DNA of 64,000 bases from Kondoa subrosea (taxonomy: Eukaryota): the NCBI GenBank assembly GCA_039545335.1, contig BCIN01000009.1, forward strand, positions 186,001-250,000, written 5' to 3'. The notes beneath the pieces are model-generated. The model saw only the letters and a list, made by a program, of their open reading frames with translations, had not been told where the DNA came from and did no database searches. Made by a program: the position numbers and the translations under genes. Numbering within the stretch: the first letter of the stretch is position 1; each line of letters starts with the position of its first letter. Shown here one piece after another: positions 1 to 12,942 of this stretch.

Positions 1-336
1 ATTTCTCCACAAGTACCCGTCAGCCCAGCATCTCTTTTCGAAACACAATTAGCGGCAAGGGTTGGCGTGGCCCAGGCTCAAGCTATAGTATATCCAATAA
101 TGGTGAACAGAATGCTCTATTACCTAATTCAAGTCACTGATGCAGCCCGTCTTTAGCCTGGAGGCCTGCTCCCGCTGGCACCAAATTCGAGTGGAGTCGT
201 TGTCAACAATAGAACAGGAGATGGAAGTACCGGAGGACAAACAAGACTCAGCGAGGGTCGACAGCGGACGTTGTCAAGGACACTCCTATGTACCAGTGCG
301 GTTGCGCTGATGTTAGCAGTAATGCAAGGTCTTTAA
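1..336 (+). CDS. 3' end of a probable secreted/GPI-anchored protein (truncated by window)
   Basis: Spliced reading ISPQVPVSPASLFETQLAARVG...YPIM|PGGLLPLAPNSSG...LLCTSAVALMLAVMQGL*, with a GT..AG intron at ~103-156. A Ser/Gly-rich spacer followed by a hydrophobic C-terminus resembles a GPI signal. Confidence 0.5.
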
Positions 337-475
337 AATGTGTTCTGGTAAAGCATGGTTTCCAAGCATACATCGAACAGGCTGTGTATCATGTGACAAG
401 CATCATCTACATACAAAGGGTATCCCTATGATCTGAACATCACAGCTTTAATACATGCAAGATTCCAATCAGCAA

Positions 476-3400
476 TTAGACGTTGAACGAGGCAGCAGTC
501 GGCGTCTGCAATGCAGAAATGAAAGCACTTGAGAGAAGATCGGTAGCCGAGGGCCTTGCGTTGTGGTCACTGTTCTACACATGAGCGTTCCTCGATGCCT
601 CGTGTTTGACGAGACTGACAGCAAGAATGTCTGCTTGAGGAAGTCTTGAGCATCAACTGTAATGTCCGAAGGGATTTCAGGCGAGGCGGACATTGTTCCG
701 ATCTGCCGAGACGTCAGACCGCACTTTCCGCAAAAGCGATAGCCTCTTACTCTGAATAATGCTTGCATTTGATTGAGATGGACGTGCGGGTGGTTGCCAG
801 TCAACATTTCGATAATAACGCATCCCAAAGACCAGATATCGGCTTTGCTTGTGTATGTGGTCTGTTTAACGACCTCTGGGAAAAAGCATGAGAAGAGCCA
901 CTTGACGGAATGAATGATCTTACCCGGTGCCATCCAAAAGACTGATCCTTGCAATGAAGGCCGGTGTACTCTGGTTGACAAGATATCTATACAGTCATCA
1001 ATATGATTCAATTGCATTTGAAAGAATTTCGTACCATCTTCAACCTTTTTGGAAATGCCAAAATCTGAGATCTTGACGGCTCCCTTATTATCGACTGGAG
1101 AGGAATCAGTCGGCGCGTTGCAAATGTCAAATCCAAGCTCACCTAATATATTTGCACCCTTAATATCTCGATGAATAATATCGCGCTCGTGCAAGTAAAT
1201 CAAGCCAAGTAGGATCTGGCGAACAAAAGTTCGAACGAGCGGTTCTTCGAAGGCTCCGTAATTGCGTAGAAGTGCCACGACAGAGCCGCCTGGCACATAT
1301 TCGAGAAAAATGTTCAGGTGAGCAGCATCGGAGGATGAATCTGTATGACAGGTCAGCAGCATTACGATCGACAAAGTAGGTCCTACCCAGGTATTGTACG
1401 ATATTGTCATGTTGCAAGCCCTTCAAGAGCTCAATCTCTCGTTGTAGTGCTTCGAGCATGCTCTTCTTGCGCGATTCGTTGTGTGAGTCGCCCGTCGGGA
1501 TCTCGACCTGCTTGACTGCCATAAAGCTTCCATTTAGGGCATGCAGAGCCAAGAACACCTGTTACCAATGAGCATCTGCATGCCACATGTTGATTGATCC
1601 ATACCTGACCGAAACTTCCCGCACCAATCAAAGCACCCTTGATCCATTTAATCTCTGTTTTGGCTAAGGAATCACATTTAGATAGATTATTGGACAGCCT
1701 GACACAAGACATACTGCCTGTTGATGTAAGTTTCTGATGCGGACCGCCTTCTTCAGCTTCTTCCTCTTCATCATGGTCATCATCGTCGTCATCGTCATCT
1801 TCTTCCTCTTCCTCTTCTTCCTCAATGCTATCTTGATCGGCTTCAGCATCTGCACTCAAGCCACCAAGTGATGATTTTCGACCAAGACTAGCAATGCTTT
1901 TCTTGTCGTCATCTCCGTGCTCGCTGGTCTCTTCACCGCCCCATACACTCATGCTCATGCGGCGATGCTCGACTTCCGCAGTAATTTCATCAACCGTCAG
2001 GAAACTAGCAGAGTCTGAATCCTTTCCGCTTCGAGAAGTCCGCACACTGAGATGAGAAGACATCCGTGAACCCATAGACATGCGCGAGCGAGATCTGGCT
2101 GCCAGATTAGGATCGTCTGCGGGATTTAGCTGTCTTTCTTCTGGTGTAGGAGGAGAGGTTTGCGTTTCCGGAGTCGAACCATGCAGACTATCGGAAGAAC
2201 TCCTGGTAGAAGAACCTTCAAGCGAGCGAGACTCGTTGATAGCTGCTGCGGCGAAATGATCTTTAGCTGGAAGAGCAGGTACAGGCGGTTCGTTTATGAT
2301 CGAGAGATTACCAGAGGATCCAGCCGAGCTGACGCTGAAGCGGGAGCTATTGCCTTGTCGAGCACGATCCCAACTAGTTGTACCGATAGCACTATTTGCG
2401 TTACTCCATTGACTATTGGGTCGCATAGACTTGCGAATGCTATTCCGAATAGTCTTATTCAGTGTTCGACGATCAGCAGCAGGAAAATAGTCGACAAGAT
2501 GATCGGCGATGAGCTCGGATGGAGGACGATGGCCAAAGAAGTGTCGAAGCTTATGCCCAGGATTCGAGAGGAAAGTGTTGCCGCCAACTGACGGGGAGCG
2601 TTGAGTATGTGGCAAGCCATTCGACGAGTAGTTAGACTCTAGAAGACCAGACATGACGCTGACGGTACTTGCGCGATTCATCTTGTTACCGTTTCTTCGA
2701 GCCACTTGCGACTGCTCATAGTCAAAGTCAGGATGATTATGCTGGCCAACGTCCGCGAAGCCACTCGCAGGAGAGTCAGGAATGGGAGAAGCTGGTTCAA
2801 TTGATGTTCCAGGTACATGAATATCGTAATCAGAAGAGGCAGGCGAAAGAACTTGACCACCCGGACCTGGTCTTTCTGCTGAAACATCTTCTCCAAAGAA
2901 ACTTTGCAGCTTATTCTTGAACTTGCGGGACTTAGGATCATCGGGTCCGAAATGTAGTTTCCGCAAAATGAGACCTCTTTGTCTTTCTGGCCGATTTGCA
3001 CCGAGGCATATCGCAACCAATTCTGCATCGGTCAAAGCTTTCACTAACACAATTGATCAGTCCTCAGTACTCTCATGATCGATTTGCAGACTGACCATGC
3101 CCCTCAGAAGAGCTTGCAAAGATGCCCCAACCGTCCATCTGAGTGAAGGCTTCTGTTTCGCCATCCCGACTTCGGACAAGGTGATGTCCGGTCTGACCTT
3201 TCTCAAGCTTACCAAACTTTCTCAACACTCTGTTAAAGATTTCCGTCGCATCTCTGGCTCCGTCCAGATCAACAGTTTTGCCTAGTCCGTCATCGCTAGT
3301 GAACTTTACTGTCCTTCTTCTTAGATCTTCCAAAGGTACTTGTTGAGCGACCAGGCCAGAAGCAGTAGCTGAGACGGTTCCCGCTGCAGTAGTAGGACGA

Positions 3401-4653
3401 GCAAATCCACCTCTACCAACAGTATAGCCGTTTTCACTATTATTGCTACGTTGAGAGGCAGGTGGAGGCAAAGAACTAGAAATAGTACTGCTAGGAAAAG
3501 TTTCGGTGATAGGCGAAAGACCGTTTTTGCTTGCTTTGGCCGTTCCAGGTCTGGATTGTCCACCCGCTGCAAAGTCTTCCCTGGTAGGACTGCCACTCGA
3601 TGCATATGGATGACTGTATTGCTGGTATAAATTATGACTAGAGCTAGACGGCGTCGGATTAGCAGTAGAAGGTCGACCTGGAAGATTTGATGCAGAGGGA
3701 GAAGCGGCCGTATGACCCAGAGACCCACTACGAAAGTGATTGGAATTCGATTTGACAGAAGCAGCCCATGCTGGTGTATATTTTCCAGGTCGAACGGTTT
3801 CTGCACTAGCTGTAGAATTAGAAGAAGCTTGTCGGTTCCGCTGACCTGGCAACAGAGGGGGCGCAGGTAGTTCAGTAGTCGGTGGAGGGGGTAGACTACT
3901 CTTTGGAGCAGGCATCGCAGGTGGACCCGGTTGACGAGGAGATGATCCTCTGCGTATTATTTGCGAGCCAGAAGTTGCAGGCGAAAGCCCGCCGCCGCTG
4001 GTAGAAGAAGGTGCCGAAAGAAAGGAGCTAGTAGAAGAAGAGCCAGTATTGGGCCTTTGGTTAGGAGAATGTCCGCCTGTTGGAGCAGGGCGAGCTGTAT
4101 TTTGATGTAATAGAAGCGGAGGAGGGATTCGTTGCTGGTTTCTGCTTGATCCAGAGCGCCGTAAAGAACCACTAGAAGACGATAGGGACGTCTGTCCAGT
4201 ATTTAGGCTATCGGATAGGGAGGTAGTGGATTGCGAGGCGGAAAGCATAGACTGCCTGGCGCTTGGAGCTGCACAAGCCGCTCTGAGCTTCTTGATGGCC
4301 ACTGTAATCTTGATGCGATCTCCAACAGACTTGACATCTAGTTCCTTCAGCGCTTGCTGATCCACATCTAGCAGAACATCCCCTCGAATATCATTCTCTC
4401 GAAAGGTGCGTTCGTATTGTCCGCATTTGTTATCATGAAGCCATTGAGCTACCAGCTGATCATCCCATGACCTCACCCATTCCAATATAGACAGATCGCC
4501 TGGAGCAGACATGGATCCGAGCAATTGGCTCTGGCTGGACATCTCCCTTTCTTGTCTTCGCGGATACTGATTGTAGGATCCAGCAGAGCTTGGAGGTGAG
4601 TAAGAGTAGCTAGACAAGTCATGCATGGATCCAGAACGAGCACCAACGGCCAT
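476..4653 (-). CDS. STE11: MAP kinase kinase kinase, Ste11/Byr2 type (SAM + Ras-binding region + C-terminal kinase), multi-exon
   Basis: SAM domain ([49 protein letters not shown]). [16 protein letters not shown] motif. Kinase motifs [55 protein letters not shown]. Confidence 0.95.
1764..1826 (-). repeat. Trinucleotide-rich tract encoding a poly-Glu/poly-Asp run inside STE11
   Basis: (ttc/ctc)n and (tca/tcg)n on the + strand encode [26 protein letters not shown]. Confidence 0.8.
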
Positions 4654-5004
4654 ATTAAGCTCGGGTCAAAGTGCTTTGTTCTTGCAACCAGGCACTCGGG
4701 GGTATAGGCTGCGGGTATCAGGATATGTGTCTGCGGAGATCCATAGCTAGTTTGAGGCAGTCGCCGTGGCAGAGCAAGATAGACAACGAAAGGGAAGAAG
4801 GTTCGTTCACCGCTCGCGCTTTTATTGACGATGGTCGCGGCAAAGCACTAAAGGATTACTTCGATACACACACTGGGTCCTAAACCTTTGCTATCAAACA
4901 TTCTGTTCGTGTTCTTCTTCGCAATCAATTTCCGTCGCGTCCCCGTCTTATCTTTATAATGACTCTTCAGCAAGAACTTGGTTGCAGTTCCAGACTCACA
5001 ACAG

Positions 5005-8000
5005 CTACTCTCTAGCAGACCAGAAATCGTTCCTTGTTAGAGCATCGATCGCAATTGGCCGCCAGTTCGGAAGATCAATTTGCTTGTCGGTGCTGCCATC
5101 CCCATTAACGTAGAGTGAGCTGAAGGAGATATTCCTAAGCACATCAATCGTGCGACCATCTTCTTTTGTGATTTGCATGCAGCCTTTTTTGGAAAGCTCG
5201 CTTAAGATTTGCAATGTTGGTTCAGATAGCATGATGCGAATCATTGAACGTTCTGCAAACTTGATGAATTGAGGGGCGTCTATATTTTTAGGCAGACTAG
5301 GCTTTTCCAACGCATCCCACATCTCGAGGTCAAGTGAGTCAGAACCATAATCAAATTGATCATCCAAGGAATCTCGTCTAGCTGTAAAAGGAATAAGGTT
5401 GCGCAGATCGTCTCGTAAGTGAATCTTGAAGAGAATGATAATAGCCATAGGACCAATGCCGACTAGGGAGCCGAGTAAATTTGTTTTCAATGCTCCAACC
5501 GCGATTGTAACGGCTGGCTGAAGAATGCCAACGCAGAAAAGAAGTCGGTTACAAAGGGAACCCCAAAGATCTGATTGATGGTCAGTAATACACTGCTGAT
5601 ATCAGGCAAAGAGCTCACGACCTCCTCCTTCTCCTCGCATGCAGAAAACATGAACAAGTTCACTTTCACTGATTCGATGTTCAAGGAGGACCGCAATAGC
5701 GCCTGTGGCCAACACAATGGGATGAACGCACGCGAATCCAGAAACAGCGGCGAGCATGAGTAAGAGATTCGAAGCTCTTTCGGCAAAAGCATAGTCGGAA
5801 TCAGGTTGTTTAGCAATCAAGGACTCTCTAATGGTAGGTTGCTTGTTTGCCGCAAAAGGATTCAATAGCATCACGCGCGTTGCCCATAGTCGATGGACGC
5901 CAAGATGCACAAGGAGTGATGTGAATAGAGTGGCGGGTAGCCAGGTCAACCAGAAAGTTGCAGACTTGAGGTAGGTTTCGACAATCTTGGGCGCTAGCTC
6001 AGTGTTTGACGTGTCTGCAGAGCCTGTAATTTTTCGGGCCACGTAAGGGAGCAGTACTGATGCGATACTGAAGATAAGGAAATTGGCAACAAGGTAAGCA
6101 TTAAAGAGCCATGTGAGGACACGACGATCCCTAAACGAGTAAGTCAGAGGTTTCTGTACGTTGCCAAATTTGGTTATGAGCAGACTTGAACAAGTCATCA
6201 TGATAATGCGATACTAAGATCGGGAAAAGCTCACGGCAAGACGAATCTAACAAGAGCCGTACTGGCGGCAGGCAGTGAGGAGGTGAGCACAGATAGAGCT
6301 AAGGCACCGAGATCGAAGTTGAAAACTTTCCAATCTGTTAATACTCCGACGAAATTTGGCCAGATGATAGACCAGGTCTACATCGCAGCGAGTGAGAAGA
6401 GAGCCAGTAACCATCAAAGTGCGGTACCCACCTCCTGAGATGCTCCAAATGATATCACAATGGTTAGACAAGCATAAAGCGCCGTCGCTGCCAATTGCCA
6501 GAGCATGCCGATGAAGTTGTGAAATCCTCGAATAACACTTTCCACATTTTGCCAAGCTATATCGAAAGAATCAGGTGCCAAAATATAGCTATGTGTATTG
6601 GAATGAGTAGGTTGTCTAACCAGCGGCTAGCATAAGACTTACTTCTCTTTGGCAACAGAAACAGATAGCTTCGGGCGATCATGTTCACGCTGCAACGCGT
6701 ATGGAGGAATGGTGTAGTCTTTTCCCCTTCGCAAGCTTTTCATGACAAGGCGGGCTTGATTGTTGCTTGAGAAACCGACAAACCAGTAACGCTCTGCTTC
6801 TCCGGTCTTAAATCTCCGAGAACCACCGGGTATGCGTTTTCGAAAGTTAATGCTCTGATCATGCGCTTCTTTGGCTTCTCTCACAGTCTTCGCCACTTTT
6901 TGAAGTATGGTATGGTGATTTGGCGTGAGCTCTTCAAAGGCTGTAGCATCCTTGCATTGCTCAGAGACTGCTTGTAGCAAGACTTCTAGCTCTTCGATAG
7001 CTTCTTTTCGTTTCACCAACTGTTAGTAGAGTTTAGTAACACATAAGCATCAACAAGGAGTCGGCTCTGACCTGCTCCGGAATCGAGAGACGAGTATGAG
7101 GTGTCTCTAAGCATGCACCAGGCACTTGCACGTATCGAATATCCTTGTAATCGAATTGCTTCAAGTAATCGCCTGTTCAGCATATAAGTCTCGAAAGCAC
7201 ACCATACAGTCAAAATGAGGCTGACGAGGGTTTCTTTGATCAGCAAACATGATCCAATTCCTATTTTGCAAGCGCGGAGTATCTTCCAGGGCATCAGCTT
7301 GAAACTGCTTTGTGTAATTATCTTCAATTTCGACAGGCCGTCCTCGCAAGTATTCTGTTCGCAGGCGATTGACCACCGCATAGTATTGAATCAATAACTG
7401 ATCTTTGTGTCAACTCAGCCTTAGGCCGGGTACCAGGACATACAAGAATGCAAGAAACGGTATTGAACTACAATGGTCATTCAGCAATTGTTCGCTAAGA
7501 GAACAGAAGAACAGACATAGGTTGCACCAATGTGAAAAAGGACTTGTCGTCCAGAAAGATTTTGCACGGAGAAGTAAGTCAACATGTCAGTGACAGATGA
7601 ATCGCTTGAGTTGGTGTTTGCGACATCTGCCAATTCTAAGAAACTTCTAGTAGCTACGCCAGGAGTATTTTCGTAGTTGTATTGATCTACTGCACGTCGG
7701 TAACCAGATTTGACAAGCAGATATCACTTACAGTCGACCTTAGCCAGAAAGACTCCATAGACACACCAGATGAAGAGCCTAATTTCAACATCAGCTATAC
7801 CCCGTCAATAAAATCGGAGCGCTTACAGTTGCGAGCAAAGTCGACCGAACAGAATGTACACCGAGCTGTTTGAGATCAGCAGGGTTGCATTTGTAAGTCG
7901 AGCTGCTTCACCTGTCCATACCTAAGCCGACTGAAACATCTGTCTGCCCAAACATTTTCTCAACCTGAGCATCTGCCCAAGAACCTTTCCAAGAAGTCAG

Positions 8001-8563
8001 AACGCTGTGAACCGGCAAGTTCTGAGAGCATACCTTCAGATCCCGTGAGCAGTGGTTCAAAGCTATATGATCAATCAGACGTGTCGCATCAAGTAAGCTG
8101 AGCGCACCATTGCATAATTCGTAGCAGGAAGTTATACGATGGCATGACTGTCTCTGCTGATACATCGCGCGGCCGGAATATCGATTTGTCACCGCAAGAC
8201 CGCAGGAGATAGATGAAAGCATAGAGCAAGACGCAAATGCCAAACATCAATCCTACTTGAGCCAATACGCTTGAGCACAGCCATCAGCTCGGTTTTGCGA
8301 TTTGGGTAGAGCTCAACATACGTGACATTCGCTACGGAGATCATCAGCTCGGTAGAGGCCAGGCAGAGAAGTCATGTACTCAGCAAACTAGAGAGCGGCC
8401 CAGTTGCTTGCGTTGCCTGATCTTTGTAATTATCGGCCAAACTTTCGAGCCCGTCCGCCGAACCCAGAGATGCATTATCCGCTCGCCTGGTGAGGGAGAG
8501 CAAAGAGAAGACGATATTATTGAATGAAAGCTCAGCATTGTCATTCGCATGGAGAGCCATCAA
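5005..8563 (-). CDS. CSC1/OSCA (DUF221/RSN1-PHM7)-like multi-pass membrane protein, divergent; 5' end uncertain
   Basis: Several hydrophobic exons. KRKEAIEELEVLL resembles the cytosolic linker. DYAFAERASNLLLMLAAVSGFACVHPIVLATG...ELVHVF resembles the C-terminal 7TM region. Confidence 0.6.
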
Positions 8564-8872
8564 GGCATTGGAAGACAGCTTCGAGCTGCTCTTTGCAGAT
8601 CTACTGCTTGAGCTGCAAGGAGATAAAGATTAAGAAAGGAAGAGGCTTGGATGGCCGTTGCGCGATAGTCAGTGCTAATTAGACCTAGCGAGAGGCTGTA
8701 CAGGTCAATAGCGATTTTTGAGCAGATGAAAGGGAGAATCGATATATCTCGACTACAACCCTACAAGCCTTGTAGAAGACATCAGTCTCATCTTCGAAAG
8801 CACTTTTTAAGCGACAGAACGCACCTCTTATTCACACTCGACTGGTCATTACAGTCAAACCCAAGATCGACC

Positions 8873-9249
8873 CTATGCGCCCCTCTTCAAGCCTGTGAGC
8901 TGCCTCTTCTTCGCCGCTTTCATCATCACCATCCCCACGAACGTCCCAACTACACTTAAACCAATAAGGATTAAGAAAACCGGTATTCTCATGGCCCATA
9001 TTCTATCTGGAAAGATTGCTTGGGCCGGATGATCTTCAGGCAAGAAAGGCTACATATTTAGAGCTATCAGCTTCCAACACAGGTGTGAGATGGATCAGGA
9101 CTGACCAGAATTAGAGTCCATAAAGTGTAATATGAGAAAGTGACTATGCTCGTGAGCAGCATCAGCCCTCCAACGAGCTTGTCTGTGGGTGCCTATGCAT
9201 CAATTCAATCAATACATGGGCAGAGTGTCACACGAGGGAAGTCTACCAT
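8873..9249 (-). CDS. DPM2: Dolichol-phosphate-mannose synthase regulatory subunit (not in ORF track)
   Basis: Spliced M|APTDKLVGGLMLLTSIVTFSYYTLWTLIL|PFLPEDHPAQAIFPDRIWAMRIPVFLILIGLSVVGTFVGMVMMKAAKKR...*, a two-TM protein matching the DPM2 pattern (F.YYT.W..L.PF...HP....FP.R.WA..IP). Confidence 0.88.
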
Positions 9250-9379
9250 TTCAGCATGAGCAGCGTTTGCAGACAAAATAAACGCGTGTAATGATGGAGA
9301 CTTGGAAGACGGCCGGCATCTTACATTGCAACTGATTTACATCCTAATACTATACTAATACAAAGAACGATGTTCATCA

Positions 9380-12300
9380 TTACGCGAAATCATTTGCAGC
9401 ATCGCCAGAGAACGATTTGCTGTTTACACAATGTCACCGACTTCCAGTGTTTAATTGAGATAGTACAAACCTGATAACACCATTTTGATGCTTGTAGCCA
9501 TTCGTGCGGAAGAGTGCAGAACGAAGGAAAGGTTCCAGATCGTATTGCTCAAGATCCTTTGCCTGCTCTTGAGCGGTCAGCCTGGCACACGATGTCTGCA
9601 ACAAAGACACTCGCCCTCGTCTCCAGCTCAGAAACCTTGACTTCTACCTGTTCTGGCATTTCTTGGTATTTGAAATTGTGGTAACGGACTTTGTCCTTGA
9701 CGATTTGACCAAGCAAGAACGCGAGCAGTTCTTCCGAATCTTGTGCTCCTCTCACGTATTTCCGGAAGGACTAGCACACATCGTCAGCGTTCCGCTGCTC
9801 AGTTTTTTTGATCTTTTTCGACTTACCCGTTCAAGCTGTTTCTTGATGGACATCTTTTGGGCGCTAACGAAGGAGTGGATAGCCGCGCTGATAGCTAAAT
9901 CGATATCGCTGCTTCTGACGTATTCCCTCAGGTGCATTCTTGCACTCGCTTCAGACATTCGGATCATGGATTCCAAGTGCCGAACAGTGATAGGATAAGA
10001 TCCAGTTGACAGTGATTCGCGACGCAGATCAGAATATAGACGTGAGAGCTTGTCTTGATCTAAGTGATGGAGTTTTGGCTTGATCCTTTCCTTGGCGTAT
10101 TGAATGTATTTGCGAAGCAGATCTTGGGGAATAATCTGTCAGCAAAACGAAAGCGACCTATCAGCTTTGCACTGATAGAGTAGCGCGACTACTGACATCC
10201 TGATCCAAAGAAGTAGCGACATTGACTTCATCCGTTACTTTGTCGAAATCCGGGTGAGAGCGCAAATGACTTCCCACCACAAATTTGGCCAACATCTCAT
10301 CCAAGACTGGATCAGCGGTATCTTTCACCACACAAGTCAAGTCGAATCGAGAAAGAATGGGTTCTATACTTCAAACGATCAGCCGAATTATCGACTCCTC
10401 GGGCATAGAAAGCGGACCGGTAAGTTCCACATTCTGCGAAAATGGTTTCCTCATATCATACCGACCACCGATAGGATTTGCCGCTGCAATGATAGCACAT
10501 CTCGCTTGCAAGCTTGTGACGATACCAGCTTTAGAAATAGAAATCGATTGTTGTTCCATAGCCTATATCATGAGCAGCTATAAGTCGCGAGTATACAGTA
10601 TATGAATGATCGGAGCTCACCTCGTGAATGGAAGTTCGATCTTGATCGTTCATCTTATCGAATTCATCGATCAAGCACACTCCTTTATCAGCCAGTACTA
10701 AAGCTCCTCCTTCTAAGGTCCATTCTCTAGTGACCGGATCTTTCCTTACACTAGCAGTCAAACCAACAGCTGAAGCACCTTGACCAGTAGCGAAAACCGC
10801 TCGATGAGAAGTCTTTTCCACATATTTCAAGAACTGAGATTTCGCCGTTCCTGGATCTCCCAAGAGTAAAACATTGATATCTCCTCTGATTCGATGTTTG
10901 CGGTTGATGTCTTTCGAAACACCACCGAACAGGGACAAAGCCAAAGCGGTTCGAATATCTTCGTGACCGTAAATAGAGGGAGCTATTGATTTGATGATTC
11001 TCTTGCCAATGCGTTCATCGCGAGCTAGCGCTCGAATTTGTTTTTCATCTTCTTCGGTTAAGCGATAAGCAGAGAAAATGTCTTCTTTGCGCAAGATATG
11101 GTTAGCTTCTAAGATTGTCGAGAAGACGGGGAAACCGTTCTTGATGTTGAGCGAAGTATCGAAGTTGTTGCGATATACACCAGTCACTTCCTGTAAGTAC
11201 GCGATTCATTAGAGCTTGAAAAGGTCTGAAGCGATTGTGAAGGCTTACAATCTCTTCTCCAGGCTTAGCAGAATCTATGAGATCCCATAGACAGATGACT
11301 TCTCTATGCCTAGGTAATCTTCCCGCGGGAACAGTACCAGGAGTTTCTTGCAAAGTCAATTTTTGGAAGTTCCTATAGACTGTGTTCTCCGAGTTGACCG
11401 TGAATGGCCCTTTAGAGCTACAAGAAGAACAGAAAGAGATTCGAAGTTCTTTTGACGCGTCTTGGAAGTAAGGACCAAGCACTTCACCGCATTTCCCGCA
11501 GTCGAATTTGACGTATTTCAATTGAGGGAAAACACCCGTCCGACGTGTTACGACTCCTGAGACTCGGACGAGACAGTCGAGATGAACTTGGCGAAGATCG
11601 CGGAGTGTGTACGAAGTTGGTAATTCGGTGATGCGAACGTGAACTTCTTTGTGAATGTTTTCGTAATCTGGATAGTAGAGCTTGACAGCATCGAGAGCGA
11701 CAATGTCAAAGTAGGAAAGCATCGTAGCTGGGCAATTGGCAAGGAAATAGGCGAGAATAGCTTTTGCGTCGGAGAGGTGAAGAAAAGAGACTTCGAGGGA
11801 TTCAGAATTGACTTCACCAAGTGACTTGATACGTTGACCGTAGACCGAAGAGCCAGACTCATCGACGTGAGTCATGAGGAAATGCCGGAACTCTCGAATG
11901 ATGGTCCGTCGGACTGCATCAGTTTCGATCCATTCCTTGAGACTGTTGGCTTTGATGTCACTCAATTGCTCGAGAGGTAACTCCTGTACACACAAGAATC
12001 AAAGAATGTCCACAGACAAGATTGATCAGCAATGTACCTCGTTATCAAAATCGTCGTCGTCGTCCTGAGCTTCATCATACATTCTCCTCCTTCGTCTCCG
12101 CGTAGGCAGCAATCCACGATCCCGTTCATCTTCGCTATCGCTTTGCAAGAAAGCAGGAGCACGATTCCTTCTTCTCGCTCCGTCGCCTTCTACAGCTTTG
12201 CCTTCTTTTCGATCTCGACGTGCCATTTTCCGTTCGGCAGCAGCTCTCTGTTCAGCATCCATGGTCTCGAAATCTTGTTCATCGTCTAGACCAGCTACAT

Positions 12301-12735
12301 CGTATTGATCCAGACCTTGATTTTCTCGGTAATCTCTGCACGAGACTGATCAGAGTCTGCACCTTGTATATAAATGGAAGCACTAACTCGTGCAAATTAT
12401 CGCCGAACAAATCTTCACCATCCGACTCAGGATCCAAATCTCTGGGTTCGTCGCCATCCTTATTTCGAAAGTCATGTCAGCTTCAAGCTCTTTGATCACA
12501 CACTGCTTTAATTGCACTCACAGGGTCATCCTCTTCAAAATCACTTGTAAAAGGAGCTGGAGGGGAACTCGGAGGCAAAGAAGACGCGCTTGACACGGGT
12601 CTATCCAAAACTGGAGCAGGTGCATTATCTTGTTCGACTTGATCGCGCCTTCGCTTGCTCGCAGAGCTTGGTAGAGCCTAGTTGTGATACGTTAGAGTTT
12701 GCAGAAATGCTGCAGAGCAGAAAAACGCGTACCAT
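9380..12735 (-). CDS. MCM2: DNA replication licensing factor MCM2
   Basis: Acidic N-terminus, C4 zinc finger (FDCGKCG...CSSCSSKGP), [58 protein letters not shown]. Confidence 0.97.
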
Positions 12736-12790
12736 TTCGAATGGTTTTGGTGCAAGAAGAGGCGATTTAATTTGTCTGAATATTACGCGA
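12725..12790. promoter_or_regulatory. MCB-like elements near the MCM2 start
   Basis: ACGCGT at 12725-12730 (start of intron 1) and ACGCGA at 12785-12790. MCB boxes are typical of G1/S replication genes, but such hexamers also occur by chance. Confidence 0.3.
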
Positions 12791-12942
12791 CGGCGACGAG
12801 GCAAGATGAGTGCCGCACTCTCACGACATATATTGTACAATGATCTCTGAACCAGCAGGAATCTTTCAGCAATTTCTATCTGCCTTCAAAGGCGCGATAG
12901 CTTTAATTCCCTATCCTTATTGCAAACAATCTCGAAGCCTTG

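Noticed and set aside
476..4653. STE11 as a marker of a mating-type locus
   Set aside because: STE11 is MAT-linked in some basidiomycetes, but I saw no pheromone receptor, CAAX pheromone precursor, homeodomain gene, STE12 or STE20 in this window.
10371..10430. Apparent insertion and stop in the MCM2 AAA+ domain ([12 protein letters not shown]...*)
   Set aside because: Explained by a canonical intron (ACC G|gtccgc...tatag|AA CCC) that restores [11 protein letters not shown].
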